Origin: Bacillota bacterium
GTDB taxonomy: Bacteria; Bacillota; Clostridia; Clostridiales; Clostridiaceae
Length of the DNA stretch: 64,000 bases
NCBI GenBank assembly: GCA_030706015.1
Contig: JAUZPI010000003.1
Span: 7,004 to 71,003, forward strand
Direction of reading: 5' to 3'
The notes below the pieces were generated by a model. It saw only the letters and a list, made by a program, of their open reading frames with translations, did no database searches and was not told where the DNA came from. Positions 62,949 to 64,000 of this stretch are shown here, in pieces (positions within the stretch are counted from its first letter, which is position 1; every line of letters starts with the position of its first letter). Made by a program: the position numbers and the translations under genes.

Positions 62949-63551
62949 TTATTCCTTAACAAAAAAACTCTTTATTTCATTTAAATCATTACTGAAATTT
63001 TCTTCTTTTACTTCATTAGCTTTGAATTCTTCAATTTCTGGTTCTATATCTTTTTCTTTTAGTCTTTCACTCAATGATATACCTACATTATAATTCTTTT
63101 CAAAATCAGCTTCAAGACTATTAAACATCTCAACTTGAGTATTCATAAAATTCTTAAACTTAGCTCTGAATTTTACAAACTCCTGCTTTATTGTTTCATA
63201 ATCATCATTAATTCTAACAACATCATGATTTGCTTTATCTAATATTCTCTGCGCTGAATCATTAGCATTTTTCATGATTAAATCCGCCTCTTTTTTAGCA
63301 GATTGTTTTGCCTGCTCAGCTGCATTTTGTGCTAACAATAATGTATTCTGTATAGTATCCTCAACCTTTGAATAATGTTCTAGTTTTTCATTTAGAACAG
63401 CTACTTTTTCCTTAAGTGCTGAATTTTCTTTAAAAATTTCTTCGTAATCTTCAACAATTTTATCTAAGAATTCATCTACTTCATCTGGGTCATACCCTCT
63501 AAGAGAACGCCTAAACTCTTTATTGTTAATATCCATAGATGTCAGTCTCAT
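62949..63551 (-). CDS. divIVA: Cell division protein DivIVA
   Basis: GGTGG SD then ATG at 63551. MRLTSMDINNKEFRRSLRGYDPDEVDEFLDKI. Confidence 0.85.
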   Translation of the reverse strand: MRLTSMDINNKEFRRSLRGYDPDEVDEFLDKIVEDYEEIFKENSALKEKVAVLNEKLEHYSKVEDTIQNTLLLAQNAAEQAKQSAKKEADLIMKNANDSAQRILDKANHDVVRINDDYETIKQEFVKFRAKFKNFMNTQVEMFNSLEADFEKNYNVGISLSERLKEKDIEPEIEEFKANEVKEENFSNDLNEIKSFFVKE

Positions 63552-63564
63552 ATTACCACCCCAA

Positions 63565-64000
63565 TTAAATATATTTTTTAACAAGTATCTTAACTCTTTC
63601 TTTATTGGTATAGCCAATCTGATTTAAAATTTTGAATTTACCATACCCCTTAATTGTAAGAGTACAATCTTCTTCAACCGGAAAATCTTTTTGGCTAATT
63701 TCAATATAGTCTTTAAGAACACTACCTCTTTTAATTAGTTCCACAGCATTACTTCTAGATAACCCGCATATAGAACTAACAACACAATCTGCTCTGAAGG
63801 ATGAAATAATATACTCCTTAGTTTCAAAATTATGCTTTGGTAATTTGTCTTCTTCCATAGATATAACATCTGCCACACAGGGACATTTACCTATAAAGTT
63901 TAAATTACTTAATATGTAGTCACATACATCTTCACTAATAACACAATAACAGTTTCCATCTTCTAATATTAAGTCGCCAACTTTATCTCTTACTATTCCA
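63565..64000 (-). CDS. ylmH: YlmH-like S4-domain RNA-binding protein (5' end beyond the window)
   Basis: The frame stays open upstream of the track start to position 64000. S4-like C-terminus. Located upstream of divIVA. Confidence 0.65.
   Translation of the reverse strand, partial: GIVRDKVGDLILEDGNCYCVISEDVCDYILSNLNFIGKCPCVADVISMEEDKLPKHNFETKEYIISSFRADCVVSSICGLSRSNAVELIKRGSVLKDYIEISQKDFPVEEDCTLTIKGYGKFKILNQIGYTNKERVKILVKKYI

Overview
This is low-GC, Clostridium-like Firmicute DNA. Positions ~2.2-51.2 kb are a siphovirus-type prophage, almost entirely on the minus strand. Reading right to left it contains: a large serine recombinase (49636..51183, +); an ImmR/ImmA-type switch; an antirepressor; a recombination module (Rad50-like ATPase, RecT, MBL hydrolase); an iteron origin with DnaD-like and DnaC-like genes; many small early genes; an ArpU/RinA-like late regulator; a ChW-repeat moron; TerS/TerL; portal, head and tail genes, including a -1 frameshifted chaperone and a tape measure; an acyltransferase moron; and a lysis cassette followed by two accessory genes, one carrying a HEPN motif. 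The left boundary of the prophage cannot be fixed from the sequence. The first ~2.2 kb looks like part of another mobile element, with small membrane proteins in a VirB2/VirB3-like arrangement, RHH and XRE regulators, and two toxin-like hydrophobic mini-proteins. Right of the prophage is ordinary chromosome: two prepilins, a PilB-like ATPase, a lipoprotein, dapF, rqcH, pyrP, pyrR with its attenuator, rluD, lspA, a DksA/TraR-type protein, mtnN, divIVA and ylmH. The most unusual feature is a tandem array of nine minigenes at 26992..27313 (minus strand), just upstream of the packaging genes. Each has its own Shine-Dalgarno sequence and encodes 6-11 residues with an M-P-[IV]-[LI]-[WL]-like motif. 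The motif is kept while codons vary, and it resembles the 5' end of a 24-codon hydrophobic ORF at 1081..1155. Other candidates are a HEPN/TM accessory gene pair, a cis-antisense sRNA over the leader of a YneA-like LysM gene, a promoter plus structured leader upstream of int that shares a 17-mer with the early operon, and several independently transcribed morons. All functional calls come from motif recognition by eye; no database search was possible.
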